Source: an uncultured Mycobacteriales bacterium (lineage in GTDB: Bacteria; Actinomycetota; Actinomycetes; Mycobacteriales; CADCTP01). From it: 63,554 nucleotides of DNA. Shown one piece after another: positions 33,780 through 43,521 of the stretch (positions within the stretch are counted from its first letter, which is position 1; each line of letters begins with the position of its first letter). The notes under the pieces are model-generated. The model worked only from the letters and a program-made list of their open reading frames with translations. It did not search any database and had not been told where the DNA came from. The stretch is from assembly GCA_902805565.1 (NCBI GenBank), contig CADCTP010000212.1, positions 1-63,554 of the forward strand. Direction: 5' to 3'. Position numbers and translations under genes: made by a program.

Positions 33780-34129
33780 GACGCGGTTCCCGTCCCCGGG
33801 AGCGGCCCCCCGACGCCGCGCAAGCGGCTCAGTGCGACCTCGACCTGGCTGCGACGACGCATCGCCTCGGCCTCGAGCCGCTGCGCACCTGCGGCTGTGA
33901 GTCGGTAGTAGCGACGCAGCCGCGAGTCCACGACCTCCTCCGCGTCGAGCTCGACCAACCCCTCGGATGCGAGCCGGTCCAGCGCGCCGTACAGGGTGCC
34001 CACGCGGAGCTTCACCGCCCCTGCCGAGATCTCCTCCACGTCCTTCAGCACTCCGTAGCCGTGCTGCGGCCCGCGGGCCAGCGCCGTGAGGACGAGGAAC
34101 GACGGCTCCTGCAGGCGCCTTATTGGCAT
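33776..34129 (-). CDS. PadR-family transcriptional regulator (117 aa)
   Basis: LVLTALARGPQHGYGVLKDVEEISAGAVKLRVGTLYGALDRLASEGLV is the PadR winged-helix signature. Confidence 0.85.
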   Translation of the reverse strand: MPIRRLQEPSFLVLTALARGPQHGYGVLKDVEEISAGAVKLRVGTLYGALDRLASEGLVELDAEEVVDSRLRRYYRLTAAGAQRLEAEAMRRRSQVEVALSRLRGVGGPLPGTGTAS

Positions 34130-34139
34130 GGCGGCGACA

Positions 34140-34160
34140 ATACTCCGCTCGACGGAGTAT
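34140..34160. promoter_or_regulatory. Perfect 8-5-8 inverted repeat ATACTCCG-CTCGA-CGGAGTAT immediately upstream of padR
   Basis: It lies 11-31 nt upstream of ATG 34129, and its proximal arm contains the only GGAG near the start. It is a candidate autoregulatory operator or an RBS-sequestering hairpin. Confidence 0.45.
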
Positions 34161-34256
34161 CCCGGTTGGTCGTGGGCCTCCACAGCAGCCAACCTGACAA
34201 CGACCCGTATCCCCATCGGTCGGGAGCGTGGCCGGTATCCGAACTGGGCCGAACGG

Positions 34257-34640
34257 TCAGCGCACGGTGCCGTCCACGTACACCCAGCGCCCCCGTCGGC
34301 GCTCGAACCGGCTCCGCTCCCGGAGCCGGCCATGCGTCCCGGCGGACTCGAAGGCCGCCTCGAACTCGACCTCGCCGGTCTCGTCGCCCCGGCCACCACC
34401 GACGACGTCGAGCACGGTCAGTCCGGTCCAGGCCCGCGCCGTGTCGAGAGCGAGCGGCTCAGGTCGTGTCCGCGGATGCCAGCTGCGGACGAGATGACCG
34501 AGGTCACCCACGGCGTACGCCGCGTACCGCGAGCGCATCAGTTCCTCGGCGCTCACCGCGTCCCGGGTGCCGCAGTGCAGCGGGCCGCAACACGCGGCGT
34601 ACGGCACGCCCGATCCGCACGGGCAGCCGGGCAGCACCAT
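34257..34640 (-). CDS. YchJ-family (UPF0225) SEC-C-motif protein (127 aa)
   Basis: N-terminal CPCGSGVPYAACC (SEC-C metal-binding motif) followed by an NTF2-like body. Confidence 0.75.
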   Translation of the reverse strand: MVLPGCPCGSGVPYAACCGPLHCGTRDAVSAEELMRSRYAAYAVGDLGHLVRSWHPRTRPEPLALDTARAWTGLTVLDVVGGGRGDETGEVEFEAAFESAGTHGRLRERSRFERRRGRWVYVDGTVR

Positions 34641-34807
34641 GCCTACGACGATAGATGGCTCGGGAAGGACCCGCGCCGGCCGTCGACGGGCCCACCGCTG
34701 ACCGCCACCATCGCGCAACGCCACGAGCCTGCGGACGTTCGCGCTCGGCGAAGAGGAGAGCCGCCGGGTCGACCGCCGCGGCGGTCCTCGACCGGGATGA
34801 TGGCGGT

Positions 34808-35536
34808 ATGGCTCAGGCAGCGCAGTCGCCGGCTCGGTACGACTCCGTGGCGGACTTCTACGCGGCAGGCTTCCCCGACCGGTACGACGACTCGGCCACC
34901 GCGGCACTGCTCGATCTGGCCGGGCCGGTCGACGGGCTCGACGTCCTCGACCTGGCCTGCGGGCACGGACGGATCACGCGTGAGCTCGCCCGCCGTGGCG
35001 GCCGAGCGACCGGGATCGACATCGCCGGCCGGCTGATCGAGAAGGCCGAGGACCTCCAGCGCACAGAGCCGCTCGGGATCGCCTACGCGGTCTCGGACGC
35101 GAGCGCACCCGGCGACGCCCTGCGGGATGCCGCCTTCGACCTGGTCGTGTGCTGCTTCGGCCTGTCCGACATCGACGGGCTCGACGGCGCGATGGCCACC
35201 GTCGCGCGGTGCCTGCGCCCGGGCGGCCGGTTCGTCTTCTCGATCCTGCATCCGTGCTTCCCGGGTGCCGGCGACATCTCCGGCTCCTGGCCACCGGACG
35301 GCAGCTACTTCCACGAGGGACGATGGACCGCGGTCGGCTCCCGGTCCACACTGCGACAGCAGGTCGGCGCCAACCACCGCATGCTCTCCACCTACGTCGC
35401 CGCCCTCAGCGGACACGGCCTGAACCTCGACGTCCTGCGCGAGGCGACGCCGCCGGCGGAGTGGGAGACCTCGGCTCCGGTCGCCGCCCGCCACCCCGTC
35501 TTCCTCGCCGCCTCCTGCTCGCTCCGGCAACACTGA
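34808..35536 (+). CDS. Class I SAM-dependent methyltransferase (242 aa)
   Basis: Motif I VLDLACGHG, post-I GIDIA, and LRPGGRFVFS. Confidence 0.8.
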   Translation: MAQAAQSPARYDSVADFYAAGFPDRYDDSATAALLDLAGPVDGLDVLDLACGHGRITRELARRGGRATGIDIAGRLIEKAEDLQRTEPLGIAYAVSDASAPGDALRDAAFDLVVCCFGLSDIDGLDGAMATVARCLRPGGRFVFSILHPCFPGAGDISGSWPPDGSYFHEGRWTAVGSRSTLRQQVGANHRMLSTYVAALSGHGLNLDVLREATPPAEWETSAPVAARHPVFLAASCSLRQH

Positions 35537-35777
35537 CCCCGCCTCGGGCACCGGGCTCCGGCCCGCGAGCCCGGTCCGGGTCCACCATGGCGAGGACGCC
35601 GGCCGGGGCTCGCGGCGCTGCGCTGTGCCGACGTCGTGCTCGTCAACGCCTGGGAGGATGGCCCGCCGCCTGGCTCGACGGCCGGCTCCGCGCTCCACCG
35701 TGCCGTTCGGGCCGGTCCTCGCGGCAGGCGATGCCACGCCCGAGCCCGCAGAATTGATCGCGGGCCTGTTCGCAAGG

Positions 35778-36572
35778 TCAGGTGTTGGCGTCAGTGCGTA
35801 CGAGGCGGAGCCAGCCGAGCAGGAGCGCGGCGCTGGCCCAGACCAGCAGCACGGAGACCGAGGAGCTCGTCGTCATGCCGTCGATCTCGCCGACCAGCAG
35901 GTGCACCGCACCGGTACCCGGGAGTAGCCGGGCCACGTCGTCGCCCCACTCGAGCGGCAGGTTCGGCAGCATGATCGGCAGCACGAGCATCACCAGGAAG
36001 ACGCTGACGAGCACACCGGCCGTGCTCCGGAGCAGGAACCCCAGGCCGACGCCCAGCAGCGAGCCGGCGGCCACGACGAGCGCGACCGTCGCCAGCACGC
36101 CGGCACCGTCCGCGGGAAGGACGAGCACCCCCCGGGAGGCGGTGAGCGCGGTGAGCACCGCGGCCAGGGCCAGCAGCACGGCCGCGGCCGTCGCCACCGT
36201 CACCGCCACGATCGACCGGGCCACCAGCAGCACCGTCCGGCGGGTCGTCCACTGCAGCGTCGGGACGATGCCGCCCGTCGCGTAGTCCGAGGTCACCAGC
36301 GTCAGCGCCAGGGCGAGGAACGCGAACTGCCCCGGCAGCGTGGTGAACTCCGCCGCGACCCACGCCGGGTCGCCGGCGGCCTCCGGGTCCGACGCGGCGC
36401 CGCTCCCCGCCGCCGCGGCGATGCCGACCATGACGACCGCCCCGGCGACGAGGAACAGCCACGTGGCGCGGACCGTCCACAGTCGCGTCCACTCGGCCGC
36501 GCACGTGCGGGCCAGCACCCGCGCTGAGGACACCTCCGCGTGCGGGGGCCCGACGTCCGTCGTCGTCGTCAC
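35778..36572 (-). CDS. ABC-2-type transporter permease (264 aa)
   Basis: Six hydrophobic spans. GTG 36572 overlaps the ATPase stop (GTGA at 36569-36572). Confidence 0.75.
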   Translation of the reverse strand: MTTTTDVGPPHAEVSSARVLARTCAAEWTRLWTVRATWLFLVAGAVVMVGIAAAAGSGAASDPEAAGDPAWVAAEFTTLPGQFAFLALALTLVTSDYATGGIVPTLQWTTRRTVLLVARSIVAVTVATAAAVLLALAAVLTALTASRGVLVLPADGAGVLATVALVVAAGSLLGVGLGFLLRSTAGVLVSVFLVMLVLPIMLPNLPLEWGDDVARLLPGTGAVHLLVGEIDGMTTSSSVSVLLVWASAALLLGWLRLVRTDANT

Positions 36573-37507
36573 GATGCTCCTTCGCTCGCCGCGGCGGCCA
36601 GCGGCTGCGCGCCGCCGTGGAATTCCACGCTGCTGCCGGTGAGCTCGACGAAGGCGTCCTCGAGGGACTGCCCGACCTCCGTCAGCTCGTGCACCGGCAG
36701 TCCGAGGGCATGGGCCAGCTCCCCGACCTCGACCCTCGGCGCCTGCACCTCGAGCGCGCCGTCGTCCAGCCTGCGGACCTGCCGGTCGCGCTGCCGCAGC
36801 GCCAGGAACAGCCGCTCGGTGTCCGGCACCCGCACCCGCACCTGCGCGCCGCCGAGTCCGCGCAGCACCTCCTCGGTGGTGGCGTCGGCGATGAGGCGCC
36901 CGCGCCCGATGATGACCAGGCGGTCGGCGGTCTGCTGGACCTCGCTCATCAGGTGGCTCGAGTACAGGACCGTGCGTCCGTCGTCGGCGAGCCGGCGCAG
37001 CAGGCCCCGGACCCACCGGACACCGTCGAGGTCGAGCCCGTTCACCGGCTCGTCGAACATGAGCACGGCCGGGTCGGCGAGCAGCGCGGTGGCGATCCCG
37101 AGCCGCTGCCGCATGCCCAGCGAGTAGCCCTTCACCCGACGGCGGGCCGCCTTGCCGAGGCCGACCAGCTCGAGGACCTCGTCGACCCGGCGGGACGACA
37201 GGCCGGCGGTGCGGGCGGCCACCCGCAGGTGGTCGCGGCCCGAGCGGCCGGGGTGGACCGCGCCGGGGTCGAGCAGCGCCCCGACGTGCTTGAGCGGCTC
37301 GGCCACGGTCGCCATCTCGCGCCCGCCGACGAGCGCCTGCCCGGCACTGGGCCGGTCGAGCCCGAGCACCATGCGCATGGTCGTCGACTTGCCGGCGCCG
37401 TTGGGGCCGAGGAAGCCGGTGACCAGCCCGGGACGCACGTCGAAGGTCAGGTCGTCCACCGCGACGACGTCTCCGTAGCGCTTGGTCAGGCCGCGGACCT
37501 CGATCAC
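36569..37507 (-). CDS. ABC transporter ATP-binding protein (312 aa)
   Basis: Walker A GPNGAGKST, signature YSLGMRQR, Walker B LMFDEP, H-loop SSH. Start chosen at GTG 37507 (VIEVRGLTKRYG). Confidence 0.85.
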   Translation of the reverse strand: MIEVRGLTKRYGDVVAVDDLTFDVRPGLVTGFLGPNGAGKSTTMRMVLGLDRPSAGQALVGGREMATVAEPLKHVGALLDPGAVHPGRSGRDHLRVAARTAGLSSRRVDEVLELVGLGKAARRRVKGYSLGMRQRLGIATALLADPAVLMFDEPVNGLDLDGVRWVRGLLRRLADDGRTVLYSSHLMSEVQQTADRLVIIGRGRLIADATTEEVLRGLGGAQVRVRVPDTERLFLALRQRDRQVRRLDDGALEVQAPRVEVGELAHALGLPVHELTEVGQSLEDAFVELTGSSVEFHGGAQPLAAAASEGAS

Positions 37508-37604
37508 GGAGCGGGGTTCCTGTTCATGCCGGGTGAGCACCGCGGAGTCCCCGGATGTGACGACCCGAGGTCGTCTTCTGCCGTGGGTCCCGCGCAACAG
37601 GTGG

Positions 37605-37874
37605 TCATCGCGAGCCTCCCGAGCTCGCGGCCGACCACTGGGCCGGCGGGCCGGACCGGCCCTCGTCGTCGTCCTCGACCCATTCGAGCAGGTCCCCGGG
37701 CTGGCAGCCGAGCACCCGGCACATCGACTCGAGGGTGCTGAACCGGATCGCCTTGGCCCGCCCGTTCTTGAGCACCGCGACGTTCGCCGGCGTGAGGCCG
37801 ACCCGGTCGGCGAACTCGCCGACGCTCATCTTCCGCTTCGCGAGCTCCACGTCGATGCGTACGACGATGGCCAT
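37605..37874 (-). CDS. XRE/Cro-type HTH regulator, YozG-like (89 aa)
   Basis: MSVGEFADRVGLTPANVAVLKNGRAKAIRFSTLESMCRVLGCQPGDLLEW. ATG 37874 shares one nt with the upstream stop (TGATG). Confidence 0.8.
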   Translation of the reverse strand: MAIVVRIDVELAKRKMSVGEFADRVGLTPANVAVLKNGRAKAIRFSTLESMCRVLGCQPGDLLEWVEDDDEGRSGPPAQWSAASSGGSR

Positions 37875-38350
37875 CAGACGACGGCCTCCAGCTCGGCCTG
37901 CAGGCTCGCCGCCTGTCGCAACAGCGCCCGCATCACGACCATCAGCAGGCAGACGACCGCGCCGAAGATCCACAGCAGGAGCAGCACGACCGGGAGCGCG
38001 GCGCCCTCGGCCACGAGCAGTGAGTGCACGAAGGCCACGAGCACCAGCGCACAGGCGGTGGCGAGCACCCCCACGATGGCGTCCACCCAGGCGAAGGACG
38101 CCTCGCTGAAGATCCGGCGGTCGGCCACCATGGTGAGCAGGCGCCAGATGCAGACGATGACCACCTGGACGCTCCCGAGGAGCAGCAGCGCGACGACGAG
38201 CATCGGCCAGCGTGGGACCGACCCCTCGGGCACCTGCCGCACCCAGTCGTCGTAGATCGCCGGCACCGCGCGCAACTGCGCGAAGGCGAGGACCACAAAG
38301 GCACAGGACAACAGCACACGAAGGACGACGACAGGACGAGGCACGGACAT
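37874..38350 (-). CDS. DUF2975-like small membrane protein (158 aa)
   Basis: Four hydrophobic spans. It sits first in an operon directly ahead of a YozG-like HTH gene, a recurrent pairing. Start chosen at ATG 38350, because the 69 nt upstream are low-GC. Confidence 0.6.
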   Translation of the reverse strand: MSVPRPVVVLRVLLSCAFVVLAFAQLRAVPAIYDDWVRQVPEGSVPRWPMLVVALLLLGSVQVVIVCIWRLLTMVADRRIFSEASFAWVDAIVGVLATACALVLVAFVHSLLVAEGAALPVVLLLLWIFGAVVCLLMVVMRALLRQAASLQAELEAVV

Positions 38351-38463
38351 GGGCACGACTGTCGATGGCAATCTATCGAAAGTCAATAGCCACGCCAAGA
38401 CTCGCGCAGTGGGAGGCACATCAGGATCGGGGCCGGGTCACCGGACCCGGCGGGCCCCGGCAA

Positions 38464-39336
38464 TCAGACGAACAGCGGCTCCGGCGGGCGCCGCCGCATC
38501 AACTCCTGCATGGCGGGCTCCGCCGGCGGCTGTCGGAAGCGGGCGGCGGCCGAGAGCACCCTCGGCAGCAGGTCGACGTCGCCGACGCTGTCCAGGAACA
38601 CCTCGGGCCGGCCGAGCGCCCACCACACCGCCAGGTCGATGTCGTCCTGGTCCTGCAGCGGCTCGTACCAGGTGGACCTCGTCCTGGGCCGGCCCGACCA
38701 GGGCCGCAGGGCCAGAGCCTTGATGGTCTGCACCGCGACCCGGCGCTCGCGGCAGGTCGCGAGCAGCGCCTCGAAGTTCTCCGCGTAGTACGGCAACTGC
38801 ATGCTGACGTGGCTGTACGGCAGCAGCACCGAGTCGAAGTCGAACCGTTCCAGGCTGCGCCGGTGCGTCGCCGCGATCTGGGATCCGTGCCCGGTGACCC
38901 CGATCCAGCGGACCAGCCCCTGCTCGCGCGCCTCGACGGCCGCCTCGATCGCGCCGCCCGGGCTCAGCGCCACGTCCCACTCGATCGGGTCGGCCAGCGC
39001 GTGCAGTTGCCAGAGGTCCACCGAGTCGACGCCCAGGCGGTCCAGCGACCGGTGCAGTTCCTCGCGGGCCTCGGCCGCGGTCCGCTTCCCGGTCTTGGTG
39101 GCGACGAAGAACCGACCCGGCTCCCGACGGAGCCACGGCGCCACCCGGAGCTCGGCGTCGCCGTAGTCGGCGGCGACATCGATGTGGTTCACCGCGTACT
39201 CCAGCAGCACGTCCAGCGTCCGGTCAGCGACGGCCTGGCTGACCTCGGCCAGCGCCGCGCCGCCGAAGATGACCCGGCTGCTGACGTGGCCGGTACGGCC
39301 GAACGTCTCCATCGGCACTGCCATCGGCATCGGCAT
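38464..39336 (-). CDS. Aldo/keto reductase (290 aa)
   Basis: GAAGGAGG SD 4 nt before ATG 39336. Motifs [38 protein letters not shown]. Confidence 0.8.
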   Translation of the reverse strand: MPMPMAVPMETFGRTGHVSSRVIFGGAALAEVSQAVADRTLDVLLEYAVNHIDVAADYGDAELRVAPWLRREPGRFFVATKTGKRTAAEAREELHRSLDRLGVDSVDLWQLHALADPIEWDVALSPGGAIEAAVEAREQGLVRWIGVTGHGSQIAATHRRSLERFDFDSVLLPYSHVSMQLPYYAENFEALLATCRERRVAVQTIKALALRPWSGRPRTRSTWYEPLQDQDDIDLAVWWALGRPEVFLDSVGDVDLLPRVLSAAARFRQPPAEPAMQELMRRRPPEPLFV

Positions 39337-39490
39337 GAAGCCTCCTTCGGGCCGGGTCCGGCCAGCCTCGCACGGGAACGGGATCCCCGCGGAACCTAGG
39401 GTGCCCGGCTGTCGATCACCCGTCCGTGCGGCGCCGGATCGCAGCGGCCGGAACTGTGCGTGTCCGGTGGCTCAGGCCTACTGTTGCGAC

Positions 39491-39868
39491 GTGCTGCGGG
39501 ACCTCATTCGGCTGCGTCGGGCTGCTCGGCGGGTGCAGGAGGATCTGCGCCGGACGACGGGTGGACCGTGGTCATGCGTCGTGGGCGACGACTACGTCCT
39601 GTCGATCGACGACGGCCGGCGGGTGGAGCAGGTGCTGCTGGCGGCGGCGGTCGAGGACGAGGAGTGGTTCTTGCCGCCGGGTGTGGACGCGACGCAGGTG
39701 GACGAGTCCCTGGATGCCGATGCCGATGAGGTGGTGGGCGGCGAGGCCGCGCACGTGCTGACGGTCCTGGGCGTCCGGTGGCCGGTCTGCGCGGAGCACG
39801 GCGGGATGCTCGGGAACCGCTCAGCGGCAGAAGGGCCGGTCCCGCGGGCGGCACGGGCTGAGGGATGA
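39491..39868 (+). CDS. Hypothetical protein (125 aa), weak call
   Basis: GC3-rich frame from GTG 39491. Its stop overlaps an in-frame ATG of the next ORF (ATGA at 39865-39868). No recognisable motif. Confidence 0.3.
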   Translation: MLRDLIRLRRAARRVQEDLRRTTGGPWSCVVGDDYVLSIDDGRRVEQVLLAAAVEDEEWFLPPGVDATQVDESLDADADEVVGGEAAHVLTVLGVRWPVCAEHGGMLGNRSAAEGPVPRAARAEG

Positions 39869-39921
39869 GCAGCTGTCGCCTTGGGGCTGAGGTCGGCGGC
39901 CTCGGGGGCTACGGTCTGCGG

Positions 39922-40524
39922 ATGGGCGCCCTGACGGTGGACGGCTACCGGATCGAACCCCTGAGCATGCGGACGTGGGACGCGTTCGCCGATCTCGCCG
40001 AACGGCACAACGGCGTGTGGGGCGGGTGCTGGTGCACGTACTTCCACCTCGCCCCGGAGAACGAGGAGGAGCGCCGGGCGGTCGGCCACCGCGAGTTCAA
40101 GCGGCGGCTGGTCGAGGCCGGCCGTGCGCGCGCCGCCCTGGTGATGGAGGGTGCCGTCGCGGTCGCCTGGGCCGAGTTCGGGACGGTTCCCGAGCTGCCG
40201 AACCTCCACCACCGCAAGGAGTGGGAGCGGGGCGTCACCCGGATGCCGGACTACCGGATCACGTGCCTGTTCGTCGACCGCGCCCACCGTCGCGCCGGGA
40301 TGGCCGCGGTCGCCGTGCGGGGTGCACTGGCGCTGATCGCCGAAGCGGGCGGCGGCCTCGTCGAGGCGTACCCGCACGACCTGCCCGAAGGCAAGAAGAC
40401 CTCGGCGTCGTTCCTCTACAACGCCACCCGGACCATGTACGAGCGGCTCGGGTTCAGCTACGAGCGACCGAAGGGCAAGGGCAACTGCGTCATGAGCGCG
40501 GTCGTCCCGGCCGCCCCGGCCTGA
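39922..40524 (+). CDS. GNAT-family N-acetyltransferase (200 aa; alternative start at 39865)
   Basis: RITCLFVDRAHRRAGMAAVAVRGAL is the acetyl-CoA-binding motif A region (R-x-x-G-x-A). C-terminal YERLGF. Confidence 0.7.
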   Translation: MGALTVDGYRIEPLSMRTWDAFADLAERHNGVWGGCWCTYFHLAPENEEERRAVGHREFKRRLVEAGRARAALVMEGAVAVAWAEFGTVPELPNLHHRKEWERGVTRMPDYRITCLFVDRAHRRAGMAAVAVRGALALIAEAGGGLVEAYPHDLPEGKKTSASFLYNATRTMYERLGFSYERPKGKGNCVMSAVVPAAPA

Positions 40525-40714
40525 CCGACCGCAGGCCGCTCTGCGGGGAGGCCACGGTGTCCACCATCGGGCAGGACGATGCCGGGCCGGCGCTCGAGGA
40601 CGTTGCCGCTGCAGTGGGCGACCGCTGCGTCCGGATCCCTCCCCACCACAGCGGGCGAGGTGACCGCGCGCAATCCCGGCCGCTGCGCCGGGACACGGGC
40701 CGGCCGGCGGTGGG

Positions 40715-42142
40715 TCAGGCGACCGGGGCGGTCACGGAGGGCTCCGGCGCGTGCTTCGGCATCGCCAGCAGGGCCAGGGCGGCCAGCAGGGCGGCGACCG
40801 CGCAGATCGACCAGACGGTGAGGTAGCCGGAGAGCGGGGCCCGCCCCTCCTCCGGTCCGTCGAGCGAGCCGGTCGAGGTCAGGGCGATCGCGAAGACCGC
40901 CGAGGCGAGCGCACCGCCGACGGTCTTGGTCGCGTTGGTCATGCCGGTGGCGAACCCGGTGCGCTCCGGGGGCGCGGCGGCCGCGGCGACCGCCGGGAGG
41001 GCCGCGACCAGCGCGCCGGAGCCGAGCCCGGCGACGGCCATGTTGAGCAGCGCCTGGCCGGTGGTGTCGTGGAAGGGCAGCCACAGCGCGTACCCGAGGG
41101 CGACGAGCAGGCAGTAGGCGACCATCGCGGTGCGCGGGCCGAGCAGGCGGGACGTCAGCGGCAGCGTGAGCGCACCGATCGCGAGGAACACGACGTAGAC
41201 GCCGATGAGGGTGGAGACGAAACCCGCGTCGGCACCGAGGCCGTAGCCGGCGACGGCCGGGTCGGTGCGGGCGAACGTCGACAGGGGGATCTGGGCGCCG
41301 AGCACGGACATGCCGAACAGGAACGCGGTCAGCTGCACCGGCCACTGGCCCGGCGAGCGCAGCAGGCGTACGTCGACGATCGGGTCCGGCCGCGCCTCCT
41401 CGTGCCGCCCGAACGGCACCAGGGTGGCGAGGCCGGCCAGGACCAACCCCCACGCCGGCAGGCTGGTCGGCCCGTCCAGCCGGATGACGACCAGCCCGGC
41501 CATGACCAGGCCGAGGGCGGCGGTGACGAACGCCAGCCCGGTCCAGTCGAAGCCGCCGGTGGCCGCGCCGGGGACGTCCTCGACCCCGACCCAGATCGCG
41601 ACCAGGCAGAGGGTGACGGCGACCGCGGGCAGCGTCAGCAGGAGGTTCATCGACGTGGCCTCGACGAGGGCGCCGGAGGTGAGGGCGCCGACGATCACGG
41701 CGAGCTCGAGCGCGCCGACCAGGACCGCGGCCGCGCGCCGGGTCAGCAGCGACTGGCGGCCGGTGCCGGCGGTGCGGCGGTGGATGATCGCGATCTCCAG
41801 CGGCAGCCAGATGACGTACGCGCCCTGCAGCGCCCAGCCGATCAGGAAGGTCGTGAACCCCGGGGCGAGGACGAGCAGCCACGAGCCGACCGCGGTCACG
41901 GCGGTCGACAGCAGCAGCACCTTCTTGTGCCCGACGAGGTCGCCGAGCCGGGCCAGCGGCGGGACGAGGAGCGCGGAGACGATCAGCTGCGCGGCCTCGA
42001 ACCAGTTGACGTCGGCGTCGTCGATGTCGAGGTGGTCGGCGATGTCGGTGAAGATCGGCGTGTAGTAGCCCTGCAGGATGCCGCTGGCCAGCTCGACGCA
42101 GACGAGGAAGCCGACGACGGCCACCAGGCCGCGGGCCCTCAC
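40715..42142 (-). CDS. MFS transporter, DHA2-like (475 aa)
   Basis: About 14 hydrophobic spans and loop motif LGDLVGHKKVLL. GTG 42142 overlaps the peptidase stop (GTGA at 42139-42142). Confidence 0.8.
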   Translation of the reverse strand: MRARGLVAVVGFLVCVELASGILQGYYTPIFTDIADHLDIDDADVNWFEAAQLIVSALLVPPLARLGDLVGHKKVLLLSTAVTAVGSWLLVLAPGFTTFLIGWALQGAYVIWLPLEIAIIHRRTAGTGRQSLLTRRAAAVLVGALELAVIVGALTSGALVEATSMNLLLTLPAVAVTLCLVAIWVGVEDVPGAATGGFDWTGLAFVTAALGLVMAGLVVIRLDGPTSLPAWGLVLAGLATLVPFGRHEEARPDPIVDVRLLRSPGQWPVQLTAFLFGMSVLGAQIPLSTFARTDPAVAGYGLGADAGFVSTLIGVYVVFLAIGALTLPLTSRLLGPRTAMVAYCLLVALGYALWLPFHDTTGQALLNMAVAGLGSGALVAALPAVAAAAAPPERTGFATGMTNATKTVGGALASAVFAIALTSTGSLDGPEEGRAPLSGYLTVWSICAVAALLAALALLAMPKHAPEPSVTAPVA

Positions 42143-43479
42143 CGGGGCAGCTCCTCGATCAGGCGGCGGTACCAGCGGACGCCGTCGAGGAAGGCGTCGA
42201 CGCCGAGGTGCTCGTCGTACGAGTGGATCGACTCGCGCTGCGCCCGGCTCATCCGGAACGGCGCGAAGCGGTAGACCCGGTCGCAGATGCGGGTGAAGAA
42301 GCGGGAGTCGGTGGCGGCCAGCATCACGTACGGCGCCGGGACCGCGTCCGGGAAGACCGCGCCGATCGTGGCCTCCAGGAGCCGGAAGGCGTCGTCCCGC
42401 GGCGAGATCGGGCTCGGCTCGTTGCGCTCGACCACGTCGAGGTGGACCCGGTCGTCGGCCACCACCTTCCGCACGTGGTCGAGGACGCCGGCGACCGTGT
42501 CCCCGACCATGACCCGGATGTTGACGCCCGCCGTCGCGGTCGCGGCCACGACGTTGAGCGCCGGGCTGCCCGACAGCGTGGTCACGGCGAACGTCGTCCG
42601 CGTCATCGCCGCCGCCTCCGGCCCGGCGGCGAGGAGCACCCGGGCCAGCGCGGGGCCGAGGCGGTCGGCACGGGCGAGGACCGTGCGCAGCGGGAACGGC
42701 GCGTGCGGCGCCAGCCGGCGCAGCAGCTCGACCGTCGGCTCCGGGGTGGTGGCCCGCATCGACGACCGGTCCAGCCGGGTGACCGCGCGGGCCAGCCGGG
42801 CGGTGGGCCCCATCCGGGCCGGCGTCGAGGCGTGCCCGCCGCGCCCCTCGACCCGCAGCTCGATCGAGGTCACGCCCTTCTCGGTCACGCCGATCACGCC
42901 GACCGGTGCGGCGACCCCGGGGAAGGCCTCGGCGGCGACCGCGCCGCCCTCGTCCAGGACGAACCAGGGCCGTACGCCCCGGCGCTCGAGCTCGTCGACG
43001 GCGAGCGTCGCGGCCGGTCCGGACACCTCCTCGTCGCAGCCGAAGGACAGCCAGACGTCCTGGGCCGGGACGTGGCCGTCCTCCAGCAGGGTCTCGACCG
43101 CCTCGCAGATGCCGGCCAGGCAGCCCTTGTCGTCGAGCGTGCCGCGGCCCCACACGCTCCCGTCGGCGACGACGCCGGAGAAGGGCGGATGCCGCCAGCT
43201 GCCCTCGACCGGGACGACGTCGAGGTGGGCCATCAGCACGACCGGTCGCTCGCCGCTCGCCCCCGGCCAGCGGAAGAGCAGGGCGTGGGTGGAGACGCGG
43301 GTCAGCTCCAGCCGCTCGTGCAGGACCGGGAACCGGCGCTCCAGCTCGGCCAGCAGGCGGTCGAAGGCTCGGGTGTCGACCAGGGCGGGGTCCCGGTGGC
43401 TCACGGTGGGGATGCGCACCAGCGCCTGCAGCTTGGCCACGGCGCGATCGCCGCGCCCTGCCGTCCCGCCCGCCGTCAC
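42139..43479 (-). CDS. M20/M25/M40-family metallopeptidase (446 aa)
   Basis: HLDVVP, GRGTLDDKG, CDEEVSG and GGHAS are the M20 zinc-ligand and catalytic motifs. Confidence 0.85.
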   Translation of the reverse strand: MTAGGTAGRGDRAVAKLQALVRIPTVSHRDPALVDTRAFDRLLAELERRFPVLHERLELTRVSTHALLFRWPGASGERPVVLMAHLDVVPVEGSWRHPPFSGVVADGSVWGRGTLDDKGCLAGICEAVETLLEDGHVPAQDVWLSFGCDEEVSGPAATLAVDELERRGVRPWFVLDEGGAVAAEAFPGVAAPVGVIGVTEKGVTSIELRVEGRGGHASTPARMGPTARLARAVTRLDRSSMRATTPEPTVELLRRLAPHAPFPLRTVLARADRLGPALARVLLAAGPEAAAMTRTTFAVTTLSGSPALNVVAATATAGVNIRVMVGDTVAGVLDHVRKVVADDRVHLDVVERNEPSPISPRDDAFRLLEATIGAVFPDAVPAPYVMLAATDSRFFTRICDRVYRFAPFRMSRAQRESIHSYDEHLGVDAFLDGVRWYRRLIEELPR

Positions 43480-43521
43480 CGGCGCGAAGGTACACCCCGG
43501 TACGGCGGTCCGGTGGGTGGT

